The position numbers and the translations under genes are program-made. The notes under the pieces were generated by a model. It saw only the letters and a program-made list of their open reading frames with translations. It was not told the origin of the DNA and ran no database searches. 64,000 bases of DNA from Octopus sinensis (lineage: Eukaryota): NCBI RefSeq assembly GCF_006345805.1, contig NC_042999.1, positions 21,266,001-21,330,000 of the forward strand, in the 5' to 3' direction. Below are positions 39,906 through 53,264 of the stretch, one piece after another; position 1 is the stretch's first letter, and every line of letters begins with the position of its first letter.

Positions 39906-40124
39906 AAATTTCATCTGATGAATAGTTACAAACACGCTCTGTAAGATAATCTTCCTCTGTGGAATAATATTCAAATGCGCTCAGACACAGTTTGGCAATG
40001 TCAAATACCATTTTACAATGTTCTTTTCGGCATTCTCCTTTTTTGTCTAGTCTCTGTCACTTTATCTCTGTCTCTATTTGTCTCCCGCCCAACCTCTCTC
40101 TTTCTCTATGTCTCTGTAGATATA

Positions 40125-40224
<100 letters not shown>

Positions 40225-40278
40225 TAATATAGATATATATATATATATACATATATATATACATCTTTATATACATAT

Positions 40279-40582
40279 GTGGAGGCGCAATGGCCCAGCG
40301 GACTCGCGGTCGTAGGATCGCGGTTTCGATTCCCAGACCGGGTGTTGTGTGTGTTTATTGAGCGAAAACACCTAAAAAGCTCCACTAGGCTCCGGCAGAG
40401 GGTGGTGATCCCTGTTGTACTCCTTCACCACTCTTTCTCTCACTCTTTCTTCTGTTGGCCTGCTCGCTTAGCCAGCGGGGTGGCGTCATTCGAAGGCTAA
40501 AACAATGCGAACGCATTGTGACCAGCGATGTGTAGCAACATCTGATGGTCTGGTCGATCACGTGATCACGTGGTGACGTGAT
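40279..40582 (+). mobile_element. SINE family C head with tail ending in gtgatcac repeats
   Basis: gtggaggcgcaatggcccag...ggtttcgattcccagaccg head; atatacatat direct repeat on both sides. Confidence 0.85.
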
Positions 40583-40784
40583 ATATACATATAAATATAC
40601 ATATTATATATATAAAATGAGATAGGGGTTGAAAATTCAACCCACCATGGGATAATATATATCCAATATACTGCTAGATAGGTACCCAACAAAATTAATA
40701 CATAGATGTTAAAAATTGTCAAACAATCAGTTCATCTATTGCATTATATGGGTAAAGGTAATAATATTACCGTAAATTAATACT

Positions 40785-41308
40785 ACAAAATTAGAGAATG
40801 GAGAAATATACTTAAATCAGTAAAACATCAACTATCCGATGATACTCAATCCATACTTTAATACACCATTACATATGAGTAAAGGCAATACATAAAATGA
40901 AATGAGATATACAGTAATAGTAAAAATATAAAGAGATATAAGTAAAAAATTTTCAAATATAATATGCAAATAAATCAAAAACTGACAGCTGTTTCGGCAG
41001 TGAGGACAGTCATACCTCATTAACCTATAAGCCATAAAGGCAGGTATAAATGAGGCATTAACAAGGATGCCCCACGGCCTCTTCAGAGAATTAAATTAAA
41101 TTTGTTATAATAGTGAAAAATATTATACAATCATATACATATAAATATAAAAATATAAAAATGTAAAATATAAAAATTATACATCATAAAGCTACACTTA
41201 TATAATATACTACACATTTGTACAAAAAAGGAGGCAAACAGAACAAAATAAAACAAAATATATAATAGTGTATATATTAATATCAATAAGTACCGATATT
41301 ATACATAT
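40785..41308 (-). mobile_element. Left arm of ~520-bp inverted repeat (pLTR-like, hammerhead-bearing)
   Basis: Near-identical reverse complement of 43236-43755; HHR motif at 40984-41092 on the minus strand. Confidence 0.9.
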
Positions 41309-43043
41309 TATTATTAAAGCGGGTCGGCAAATTATTAACAACATTAATGAAAAAAACTTCTTTGTATTCATAGGCTACCGTTCACCTTTTCTAGATTCAA
41401 ATAGAACTTAGCACTTCCACTATTATTAATTTTTTAACTCCCTTCTTTAACTAAATATACCTGTGGTCTTCTATAATTTCTAAAGTATACAATTTATATA
41501 TTTTATAATTTTATATTTTTATAGCTACATTTGTATAATAATTAATGGATGTGTCTAGTATTATTGGTTTCTTGTTTTTGTATGTGGGTTTGTTTTTTTT
41601 TAAGAGAATTGCAATATGACATAAAATAACATATTCATTTTGGTACTTGCCTTGTAATGTGTGATTTTTGAAGTTTTCCAATATTGCATAGTATATATAT
41701 ATATCTTGGGTAGATACCTAGCTCTGGATAATGTAATGATATTGTATAATATGTAATATATGAGAGCCTTTTGTGAGTTTGGTGGGTTTAGGTTGAGATT
41801 ATAGGTTTTTTGTATGTGTTTATTTGGAAGGTTTTTATTGTATATTTGGTCTTTTTGTACTCACCTTAATTTGTATCTTATGCTATTCACTGATAAACCT
41901 TTTTCATTTTTTTCATTTTCTCATTTACATGCATTATGCTTTATAATTATTACCAGCCTCATATATTTAGTTTATATCTATACTCTGGATCTGTACTTTA
42001 AACTATCCTTCCATACATATTTACTTTCAACAATATAACATATATATTCACTCTATTTATTATTTTTTATTTATTTTCCATTTTATTGTAATATTATCAA
42101 TTTTTGCATCTAGTCTTCTATTTATTTATTTATTTGCCTATTTAAGTGTAGATGTTTACATACATATCAAGTCATCTAATTTGCTACCTATTTATTTTTT
42201 ACTTATTTACTTATACTGGGGTAGTTTTATACATACATATCTATCATTTATTTTTATTTATTTTAATAATATATGAATACATATATTCTGGTTTGTACTT
42301 ATAATTATGTGTATAACCGTATTTATTCCTTCGTATTTATTCCTTCTTATTATTTTATCTCTTTTCATCTTAAGTCTTTATAATATAAAATTTATTTAAA
42401 ATTTCTATGATGTTCTCATAAGCGTTTACATTAATATCCCCTTCTATTCTTTAATGCCTAAACTGGTATATTATGGCACTATATTTATTAAGTTAATAAG
42501 TGACTTATTTATAATATTTAAATTAATATATATTTTATATATAACCGTATGTTTTACTCTGCAACAAACCGGTGTTATAAATTTTAAGTTACCCATGAAA
42601 TAAGTATCTGACTGAGTAACATACTGATATTTAAAAATATATTTATATCTAAATTAAATATTTTATGGAATGCATGGGTGGTTCTTCTTTTATTATTGAG
42701 GCACAATTATAATTTTGAAGGACTAAATTGTAGCATAGTTGCTTCCCTTTTTGTTTATCTATGTGCTAGTTGTTGCTTGTAATTATGTATGTGTATAAGT
42801 GTATGCATATACATATTACTATGTGTGTATGTGCGATTGATCTGTAGATGCGTGTGTGAATATTGGCGTTCCCTGACTAACCAACCGTATAATTTTCTTT
42901 TGTGATTTAAATTTCAAACCAATAGCCAATCGAATTAATCTATATTTTCTTTACCTAGTGGTCAGCATTTCTTAACTCATAGTTATTTCGATCTTGTAAG
43001 GATGGACTTGGTGCTAACTTAACTGTATCTATTTTTTATTATA

Positions 43044-43113
<70 letters not shown>

Positions 43114-43235
43114 AGTAATTTTTATTAACTTTTATAGCTTTAGAATCTTATGAACTGTACCACGGATTTAATTATTATTTTTCATCTCCATATATGTTAG
43201 CCTTTTTTTTATATATAAAAAAAACTATTAGCCAA

Positions 43236-43755
43236 ATATGTATAATATCGGTACTTATTGATATTAATATATACACTATTATATATTTTGTTTTATTTTG
43301 TTCTGTTTGCCTTCCTTTTTTGTACAAATGTGTAGTGTATTATATAAGTGTAGCTTTATGATGTATAAGTTTTTTATTTTTACATTTTTATATTTTATAT
43401 TTATATGTATATGATTGTATAATATTTTTCACTATTATAACAAATTTATTTAATTCTCTGAAGAGGCCGTGGGGCATCCTTGTTAATGCCTCATTTATAC
43501 CTGCCTTTATGGCTTATAGGTTAAATGAGGTATGACTGTCCTCACTGCCGAAACAGCTGTCAGTTTTGATTTATTTGCATATTATATTTGAAAATTTTTT
43601 ACTTATATCTCTTTATATTTTTACTATTACTGTATATCATTTCATTTTATGTATTGCCTTTACTCATATGTAATGGTGTATTAAAGTATGGTTGAGTATC
43701 ATCGGATAGTTGATGTTTTACTGATTTAAGTATATTTCTCCATCTCTAATTTTGT
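43236..43755 (+). mobile_element. Right arm of ~520-bp inverted repeat (pLTR-like, hammerhead-bearing)
   Basis: Partner of 40785-41308, with a ~1.9-kb AT-rich spacer; ends at (TA)n. Confidence 0.9.
43452..43563 (+). ncRNA. Hammerhead-like motif with ~80-nt structured insert in stem II
   Basis: ct-CTGAAGA-GGC-[79 nt incl. hairpin cctcattta/taaatgagg]-GCC-GAAA-CAGCTG-TC-ag; GUC site; stem I is short. Confidence 0.55.
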
Positions 43756-43786
43756 CATATTATATATATTATATATTATATATATA

Positions 43787-43853
<67 letters not shown>

Positions 43854-44277
43854 CGTCTGTATGATTTCAAACAGAATTTCAAAAAGAGAGGGTATAATCC
43901 TGTGTTTCACAAACACCAGATATAATCCGGTATCCCTATCCTCGCTGGATAGAGTACTTTTTTTGTTGATCCAACAAACATCTACAGAACAGTACATAAT
44001 ACATACACATAGATAAATGCATACGTATATCCACTTTAGCCACTATTTGTCTCTCTGACCTCCACCACTTATTCCCTCACCTCCAACTACTACGTGACTT
44101 GTGAGCATTGTCATCTCTCTCCCATTCTCGCTTCACCTTTAATTCAATCAGTTGCTTTTCTCCCATCTCCCTTTCCATTTTTAACACGGTTTGTTATACT
44201 TACCCTTCGTTCAGGTTTCCTGTCATATGGGATATTTTCCATCTTCTCTCCCTTTACCCTATATTCGTCTAGTCTTA

Positions 44278-44516
44278 GAGCCGCGCGGCTTGAGCTGGCA
44301 TAAACGTTAGCACGCCAGGCGAAATGCTCAGCAGTATTTCGTCTGTCGTTACGTTCTGGGTTCAAACACCGCCGAGGTCGACTTTGCCTTTCATCCTTTC
44401 AGGGGTCGATAAATAAAGTACCAGTTGCGCACTGGGGTCGATGTAGTTGACTTAATCCCTTTGTCTATCTTTGTTTGTCCCCTCTATGTTTAGCCCCTTG
44501 TGGGCAATAAAGAAAT
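44278..44516 (+). mobile_element. SINE family B
   Basis: Full unit with gggcaataaagaaat tail. Confidence 0.9.
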
Positions 44517-44853
44517 ATATTTGTATAAAGTATAATTATTTTGTCACATTTTGTTGTGTTTGTTTTCATATTTGTCCCGTACGTGTGTTCGCTATTCCTA
44601 GCGACTTCTCGCTGCTAATGCCACCAAATATTAACAGTGTAATCATTAAAGGCTTGAAACTGTTAATGATCTCTTGGCCTATAACTGACGAGGAATTAGC
44701 ATCCTCCTATGTGTGAATTTTCCCTTTCTAGTGTTTCAATGTACATTATTCGAACTTTTTATTTAATGTAACCCTATACACTTTCTTCTTATTTTTTAAC
44801 CAATGACAGATTTACAAAGTGGGGACAAGCACCCCCAGCAGGTAAGCCTGCAC

Positions 44854-44894
44854 CCAGAGACATGTTTCTGAGTCTTTGCTCGTCATCAGTCTGG
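44854..44894 (-). ncRNA. Canonical-core minimal type I hammerhead ribozyme
   Basis: ccaga-CTGATGA-cgag-caaaga-ctca-GAAA-CATG-TC-tctgg: 5-bp stem I, intact CUGAUGA/GAAA, GUC site, palindromic ACATGT; one C-A mismatch at the base of stem II. Confidence 0.75.
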
Positions 44895-46213
44895 AGTAGC
44901 ATGGCCTGCTAGCTGAAGATACCTGTCTCGACTTTGTAAACATATATAATTTCAGTGAAGTAAATTCACTGATCACCAAAAATAGAAATATTAAATTTCT
45001 AAATATCTCAGAGAGATATAAGCAGTGGTGGAACGATAGAGCAGTTGTATACTTTCAACTTAACGTAGCAGTCCCATAAAGGACATCACACCACCGCTAT
45101 TTAGCCCTAGGAAGCATCACCGCTTCCTGTCGGCCATGACACATTTCCTATGTCCTTTTGTAGATACCCACAACCACACACCTCGCAAACTCTTGCCCCT
45201 ATACATGTCCACTTAAATATTGGATTCAAATATTTGTCAAAAGGCCACCTATTTCGTGGGGATGGGATTACATGGACTCCGGTGCTCAACTGGTGCTTAT
45301 TTTGTCAGCCTCGAAAGGAAGAAAAGCCCAGTCGACCTCGCCACGATTTGAACCCAGGACGCAAAGACGTTCAAAATGTCGCTAACTATTTTGCCCAATG
45401 TGCTAAAAACTCCGCTAGTTCGCCCTTTTCACGCCTTTCTTAAATATCGATACGTCTGTCAGTAAGTATACGTATACTGGTATTTCCAAAGCACCTGATA
45501 TTACGAAACACATTAGCTTCTGCTTGATTGCTGCAAAGAATATTAGGCAAACACCGACAAAGAAAACTAATGCAAAAAAAAAAAAGGAAATAGAAGAAAG
45601 GAGTTAAAATACTAGGAAATATGTCTGCACAACTTTATCTTGACGAATATAATTATATTTGTTTCTTTCTATTGTATTTTCGAATAAAACTCATTCCTAT
45701 GTTGTAATCAGTTAAAAGTGTAGTAAAATAAATATTGCCTCTCCATAAAACTTATTGATTACTAGATTTACATTTGTGGTTTCCATAATTGTTTTTGTTT
45801 ATTTATCCTCTAGTGATGATGGTTATATTCTGATTCTCTTTATCTCTTTTTAACGACTGATCATCATAAGATATAGTCTATTTATTTATATGTTTACGTA
45901 ATTGTTCTATGAGTCTCGTTTGTTATTTGTTGATGAGAAAACGTAGCTTTTTTTTTTATTATTTTCATTATTATTTCGTTGCGTATATTTCAGCGGTTGT
46001 ATGGGCTGTTCGTGTAGTTGTACTGCTTCTTACTTGCTCATAATTTATATATTATGTTAGACAGCATTGTCGACGTTCTTGTTCATGTTGAAATATCGTT
46101 GCTGTTGTTCTTGCCGACATTTCCTTCCGACAGAGCCCGGGTAAAATATGTGTTTTCAATGCCGCACTAGTAGTTACCCTCCTGGTTCTGTGCTTGTTAT
46201 TTACGTATATCTG

Positions 46214-46460
46214 AAGGCGGCAAGCTGGCAAAATCCTTAGCACGCCGGGCGAAATGCTTAGCGGTATGTCGTCTCTGCGCTACGTTCTGAGTTCAAATTC
46301 CTTTCGCCCCAACTTTCTCTCACTCTTTCTTCCTGTTTCTTGAGAAAGGCTGCGATGGACTGGCGTCCAGTCCAGCTGGGAGGAACACATACACCACAGA
46401 AACCGGGAAACCGGGCCGAGGAGCCTGGATAGGCTTGAAAAGGGCGCATAAATAAATAAA
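46214..46460 (+). mobile_element. Chimeric SINE: family B head fused to family C body/tail
   Basis: B head ends at gagttcaaattcc (46299), then aactttctctcactctttcttcc...gaaaagggcgcataaat as in 61429-61750. Confidence 0.8.
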
Positions 46461-46559
46461 TTTCTAACAAGATACAGCCTCTGATTTGTGTAATATTTCA
46501 CTGCTATCCTTAACAAGAGGAAAGCCTTTGTGAAGGTAGTTATATATATACGACGGTCA

Positions 46560-46772
46560 AAATGTGACCTTGTGTGTACCGTTGGCGATTTTTTCCTCCG
46601 TCTTCCCTTCTCTGGATCTTTCCTTCTCCTATGTTTCCGACGAAGAGCTCCGCTCGAAACGTTAAACCCTCCTTCTTTCCTTCTTTCCTGAGCGTCCAAT
46701 AATACTATATTTGTTCCACGTCCTCGCGTTGTTGTGTTTTTTCGTGTTTTATTGTTTGAATTAACTATATAT
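46560..46772 (+). mobile_element. Second copy of the PLE-type HHR element (HHR at 46633-46667)
   Basis: Near-identical to 1175-1392, with the same 35-nt motif. Confidence 0.8.
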
Positions 46773-46824
46773 ACGACGGGCTTCTTTCAGTTTCCGTCTA
46801 CCAAAACCCTCACAAGGCTTTGTG

Positions 46825-47022
46825 GCAGAAGTAGAAGAAAGTGTGAGAGAAAGTTGTGGTGAAAGACTACAGCAGGGTTCACCACCCTTCCCTGCCAGAG
46901 CCTCGGAGAGCGTTTTTTTGTTTTTGCTCAATAAACAATCACAATGCCCGGTCTGGGAATCGAAACCGCGTTCTTATGACCACGAGTCCGCTAGACTAAC
47001 CACTGGGCCATTGCGACTCCAC
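46825..47022 (-). mobile_element. SINE family C head/body
   Basis: Reverse match to 61429-61620. Confidence 0.85.
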
Positions 47023-48058
47023 GTTGCTGCGTTTGCTGCGGCTGTTGCTATGATTGCTGCTGCTGTTAATTCTGTATCAGAGGTTGTTTTTCAACAGGAA
47101 GTTAGTCTTGATTCACCAGAGCTGTAAACGAAGGTCTGTATCATTCTGTTATTTTCCAAACATGTAACCCTGAAGCAACATTTTTTTTTAGATACTAGCA
47201 TTTAAGCTGAATTTTATTTAGTTTTATTTAGTTAGCAGTGATGAGATTCTCTGGTTGTCTCTTTTGCCCATGTAGTATAATAAAGTGAACTATATACTCG
47301 TATATTACTCAGGGCGATATTTAGTATCGGGTAAGCGAATGTAGAATATTGTCATATTGTCTTCATGCTTAGATGATTTGAGAACAATTACCACTTAATT
47401 TCGTAGATGTTAATTTTAGAATTATAGTGCATTCGGACTCTAGCACTCAATTATTCGTAATTAACATCGCAAATGGCGAAGAGCTAGCAGAAATATTTGA
47501 GCGTCTGATAACCTGTTTAACGCTATTTTCTCTGTTAATTTACATTCTGAGTTCAAATCCCACCGAAGTCATATTTTGGCTCCGATAAAACAATCACCAA
47601 TCAATTACTTAGGTCGATGAAATGGACTTACCTCTCACCTAAAATTGTGGAAATTGAGCCAAATTTTGAAACCCTAGTAGTTCAATTTCTCTTACTTCCG
47701 TCTCGGTGGTGTCTTATTTTTTTATCATTTGCATTGCATCCAGGGCCACCGGTCCCGAAACAATTAGTAGGGCCCATTATTACACTCACCATATCTCGTC
47801 TCTATAGGAACCCACCCTTGGTATTTCTTTCTTTTGCAATCTTTCACTTGCAAACAGTTTCAGAAGAATTTAAACGTTGTCAATCATTCTTGTCTTTTGG
47901 AGTAGCCAGAAAATTCCATTGACAGAATAATTTCCCCTAGGTGAATACAATAAAAGGAAAATTCGAAATGTATAATTCCTTCATGCCTCATTATATGGCA
48001 CTTTTTAAAAAAATCCTGTAATGTCTATGTTTTATTATTTTCCGTTGCGTTTTTATTA

Positions 48059-48290
48059 AGGCGGCGAGCTGGCAGAATCATTGGCACTCCGGGCGAAATG
48101 CTTAGCAGTATTTCGTCTGCCGTTACGTTCGAGTTCAAATTCCTCCGAGGTCCACCTTGCCTTTCATCCTTTCGGGGTCGATAAATTAAGTACCAGTTAC
48201 GCACTGGGGTCGATGTATTCGACTTAATCCGTTTGTCTGTCCTTGTTTGTCCCCTCTGTGTTTAGCCCCTTGTGGGTAGTAAAGAAATAA
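48059..48290 (+). mobile_element. SINE family B, full length
   Basis: aggcggcgagctggcag head, GAGTTCAAATTC B-box and gggtagtaaagaaata tail. Confidence 0.9.
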
Positions 48291-48756
48291 GTATTTGTAT
48301 CAAGTTAAAAATTAGTTTTCAGAAGTTATTTCTACTCATTACGTTCTAGGTTCAAATTCCGCTGAGATCAACTTAACCATTCACCATTGAAACATCGTTA
48401 AAGTAATCATAAGTTGAACACTACATTTGATACAGTCTACTTACTCTTCCCATCCAAATAGCTGACCTTGTAAAAAAATTCGACAGAAAGATTTTTCTTA
48501 GTTACACAATTTTTGTCACTTTTTTTCAGCAGTAAAGAAAACGCCCTCAATATTTTTCAAGGCCTTCTACATGATTTGGTGTTTCTCAAACTGAAACAGT
48601 AAAGTGAAGGTGAAAATATTTCAAGGCACTCAATAATCGTTTGGTGGTTCTAGATCAAATGATAGATTAACTCTACCACTCAATTAGATTGCGCTGAATT
48701 TTGAACTCATCATGCAAAGATATAGAATAAGTAGTCTTAGGAGTGGCTGCGTGGTA

Positions 48757-49166
48757 AGATAAAAAGCACATAACATTGCAGGTGGGGGCCAGTTAGAATT
48801 TTCTTCTGATCGAGTAACCCATCCCGTTCAAAAGGTGCATGAATAAGTATTGTTTAAGGATGTTGACCGAACCATCCATGTTTTCAGAGGTTAAGTATCC
48901 ATACCCCAAAGAATCCCTCTCAACACATGGCTATGATGCTCCCCCACTACTTCTGCTCGTGATAAGAGATGCACATATCGTCAGCCACTAAGGGACATGG
49001 TCAACTGGTTAAGGTCAAACAACTGACAAGCAAGTCTGTGGTATTGAGCAGAATATTTGCTGTAGCCCATCTTCTATACCAAGACAAAACAAAGTACATG
49101 ATAACACATCCAACCAGTTAAGATCAGCAGCCATGAGAACCACTGCCGAGTATTGCATCAGGGCAT
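48757..49166 (+). mobile_element. Family D element, 5'-truncated
   Basis: Matches the 3' ~410 bp of 19710-20266; followed by (TAT)n. Confidence 0.9.
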
Positions 49167-49194
49167 TTATTATTATTATCATTATTATTATTAT

Positions 49195-49347
49195 TACGTT
49201 CTGAGTTCAAATTCCGCCGAGGTCGACTTTGCTTTTCATCTTATCGGGGTCGATTAAATAAGTACCAGTTAGGCACTGGGGTCGATGTAATCGACTTAGT
49301 CCCTTTGTCAGTCCGTGTTTAGCCCCTTAATGGCAATAAAGAAATAA

Positions 49348-49348
<1 letters not shown>
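49195..49348 (+). mobile_element. SINE family B, 5'-truncated
   Basis: ttacgttctgagttcaaattccgccgagg...ggcaataaagaaataa. Confidence 0.85.
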
Positions 49349-49396
<48 letters not shown>

Positions 49397-49789
49397 TTTT
49401 TATTACTATTATTATTATTACAAGTAGTCTTAGTAATGGTAGTACTATTAGTAGTAGTTGTTATTATTGTAGTCTATGTCATTGCTCTTATCGGTGGTTA
49501 AATCAGTGCAGTACTAAATTGAGGTTAACATGATTGCATTCATTTTTGTAATTGTTGTTGACGTAATTTCACTATTAAATAGACAGTACTTAGCTTGGAA
49601 CATGCCAGCTGTATTCAGCTTTTGCATTTATGGTAATGAGGCGTCTCCACTAAATTTGTTTACTTACTGGCATTGATTGAAATATTCTCTTGCGGAGATG
49701 GTCATGATGCTGATGGGTTAATTAGTACTTTCCAATGTTTGTTGTCTAATGATGATTAAAACAATATAATAAAACCACAACAACATATA

Positions 49790-49818
49790 AATGCATATAT
49801 ATATATGTATATATTATA

Positions 49819-49862
<44 letters not shown>

Positions 49863-50051
49863 TACATACACACACACACATATATATACATACATATACA
49901 TATGTATATATATATACCGATATATAATATATATATATATATATATACTATATATATATATATATATTATATATAATACCGATATATATATATACATATA
50001 TATGTATATATACAGATATGTTAACTTATAAATATGTGGATTGGTAGATAG

Positions 50052-50090
<39 letters not shown>

Positions 50091-50163
50091 TAACATATAT
50101 AATATATATATATATATGTACATACATACGCGCACACATACATGTGTGTGTATATATATATAC

Positions 50164-50197
<34 letters not shown>

Positions 50198-50235
50198 CAT
50201 ACACACATACACACATATATATATATATATATGTA
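49790..50235. repeat. (TA)n/(CA)n microsatellite block
   Basis: Directly visible. Confidence 0.9.
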
Positions 50236-51199
50236 TAAGTTTGTTTGTGTGTTTGTGTTTATCTGTCTGGGTACCTGTCGATAGAAAGAAATCTAAATGA
50301 TGAAATGTGTAAACAATTTTCTCAAATTATATAAACAAAGAATCACAGGAACGTTAATTTCTTCAGAAACACGTCACTGACTATTTGTGTGGTTACGTAT
50401 TGCGGGTTGGTGTGAACAGGTGATGTTTTTTTTTTGTATAATTTTCTCCAAGTAATTTTGTTACATAAGTTACATTCAATTTTGCTTTCTATAGACAAAT
50501 ATAAACAGTCGAGCACGCGCAACCCGCTTCTTTATACTTTGCTTATGAAGTGGATGGAGCAATATTCACCTCCATTTCACATGATTTCTGAATCCGGTTT
50601 GGAAAATTGAGGAAGAATTTGAAGAACAGTTATGAGAGTTTTCGACGCGATAGAATCAATTTAGGCAGCCAAAGGCCTGGCGCTGAGATTCTAAGAATTC
50701 TACCAAAGACAGCATTGTTTTGACGGATTCCTGCGAAGATACCGTTTCTCGAAGTCATTTAAATCACTGACTCAAAGTTAACCTGCATGCTTCCTGTTTA
50801 AGGTTGTACAGATCAAACAGGTTATCACGGGATAGCTACGATCATGTTTATGCCATATAATTGTTTGTATACACACTCATTGCCCTGTGTCTATCAAGAA
50901 CATCCAGAAACACAGAATTGAAATCTGCATTGAAAGACGTTCCATAGACATATAAACTTACACACATAAATGCATTTATTCAAACATTTCATTACATAAA
51001 CATATATATGTGTGTATGTATATATATGTGTGTGTGTGCATGTATGTATGTATGTATGTATGTATATGTATGTATGTGTTTATGTATATGCATACATATA
51101 TATATACAAAACTGCATTCATATAGAGAGACAGACACTCAGACGTATATTTGCATTATTGCTAAAAAACAGCGCCAAATATAATTAAGACAGAACACAT

Positions 51200-51503
51200 G
51201 CATAAATGCATACACACATACATACATACATACACACATACATACATACATACATACATACATACATACATACATACATACATACATGCATACATACATA
51301 CATACATACATACATACATACATACATACTACATACATACACACATACATACATACATGCATACATACATACATGCATACATACATACATACATACATAC
51401 ATACATACATACATACACACATACATACATACATACATACATACATACATACATACATACATACATACATACATACATACATACATACATACATACATAC
51501 ATA
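51200..51503. repeat. (TACA)n microsatellite
   Basis: Directly visible. Confidence 0.95.
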
Positions 51504-51772
51504 CAAGTTCAGATTTATACCTGTAGTTATTTGGGCCCTGGGATATGTAACACACTGCTTAAACACCAATCTTGAGAAATTAGGCATCTCAAAACCAGAA
51601 AGGAGAAAGCCGATTCGCAAACTAAAGATGCAATCAATCACTGGAACTGTAAAAATCTGTAAAACCTTCCAGAAGTTTATCATATAAGTATATATGAGCA
51701 TGTCTAGATATGTAACTATATGCATGAGAATACATACATAAATCAAAACATGCAAATATCCACATATACCTA
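51502..51772 (+). mobile_element. 5'-truncated RLE-type (R4/Dong/HERO-like) LINE 3' end inside (TACA)n
   Basis: YKFRFIPVVIWALGYVTHCLNTNLEKLG...MQSITGTVKICKTFQKFII* matches the IPVV.GALG...GT.KI C-terminus; short UTR, then (TACA)n resumes. Confidence 0.75.
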
Positions 51773-52611
51773 CACATACATACATACATACATACATACA
51801 TACATACATAAACTGCTGTTAATTTTGAAATTCCAATGAAGGAGCCTTGGATCTAGGTTAGGAACTGGTTCTTTCTCTATTGGTAAAAAATCTTGAAATA
51901 AACTGAATAATGACATGGATACGTACATACGTACATATATACATACCTAAGCATGTATGCACAACTGCATAGGATTTGAATAAATTTTGTATGCTAATAT
52001 ATCTATTAAAAATGTATATACGCATACAGTCGGCATAGTAATCTGTATAATCGTGACATACTTTAATATAATGCCCTCATATTTTAACTATATTATAAGA
52101 CGTAATGTGAAAGCGATATAATATTGTCTATGGGTGCTGATGTGCATCACATATTGGTACACTTATCGCCGAGTATGTCTACCAGCTGAAATTTTGTCCA
52201 CAGTGACAGACACATTCTCAAATATTCACTATTTTTCCTCCGTCTGTGTAATCTATTTCTGTAGAGTATAAAATCATTAAAAGTCTCAGGCATTTAATAC
52301 GTATTTAAACCGATTATAATGTAAATATTTGTTTGGTAGATTTTCATACAACACAGCCATCTAATGTAAATATGATGTGAATTTTAAATTTGAACACAAT
52401 TATTACAAAGCAAGTGTCAGTCTGTAGAGATTGGAGTGTATAATTCAGTTATTTTCTAAACTATTTTGACCAACCACGAATTTATTTTGTATGATTGGAG
52501 CAGACATTGTTGACGAGAGGCATAGAGGAAATGGGATTTATGAAACATTAAATACAGGTGTCTTCATTCATTTTACTGATTCACTAGTTTGGTTCTCTTT
52601 CTCTGATTATA

Positions 52612-52915
52612 TTGTTTGTTCCTTCTCGAGCCATGCCTGACTTATTAAGGCGGGTTTCCCGGTTTCCTTAGCGTATATGTTCCCCACATGAACGGGACGC
52701 CGGTCCGTGGTAGGTGAGCTGAAAGATGCAGGAGGAAAGAGTGAGAGAAAGTTGTGGCGAAAGAGTCAGCAGAAGTTCGCCATTACCTTCTGCCGGCGTC
52801 GCGTGAAGCTTAGGTTTTTCGCTCATAAACACACACATCACCTGGTCTGAGATTCGAACCCGCGATCCCTCGACCGCGAGTCCGCTGCGCTAACCATTGG
52901 CCATGTGCCTCCACG
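52612..52915 (-). mobile_element. SINE family C, full length with 14-bp TSD
   Basis: tttctctgattata at 52598-52611 and 52917-52930; A-box-like TGGCCAATGG and B-box-like GGTTCGAATC. Confidence 0.92.
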
Positions 52916-53164
52916 TTTTCTCTGATTATAAGTAACTTTAGTGTTGGAGGATAGTTTGATAGATTTCTCGTTTACAATATATATATTTATAATTTGGTCA
53001 GTAAAATGATCCGCAGATAGTTTTGACTGAAATATGCATTACAGCTGTATTTTTACTAATATATATATATATACATACATACATACATACACACACACAT
53101 ACATACATATACATATATATATAATATATATATAATATACATATATATATATATATATACATAC

Positions 53165-53207
<43 letters not shown>

Positions 53208-53264
53208 CACGCATATATATATATATAATATATATATATATTATATATATATTATATATATTAC

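Noticed and set aside
40626-40680. gggttgaaaattcaaccc hairpin and CTAG as a Helitron 3' end
   Set aside because: The hairpin-to-CTAG spacing is too long and no 5' TC end or second copy was seen.
46060-46145. Short GC-richer stretch with AG...GT ends
   Set aside because: No recognisable product or supporting exons.
51809-51920. Insert between TACA tracts with ccaatgaagg...cct/agg hairpin
   Set aside because: Core and GAAA are too degenerate in this copy to call an HHR.
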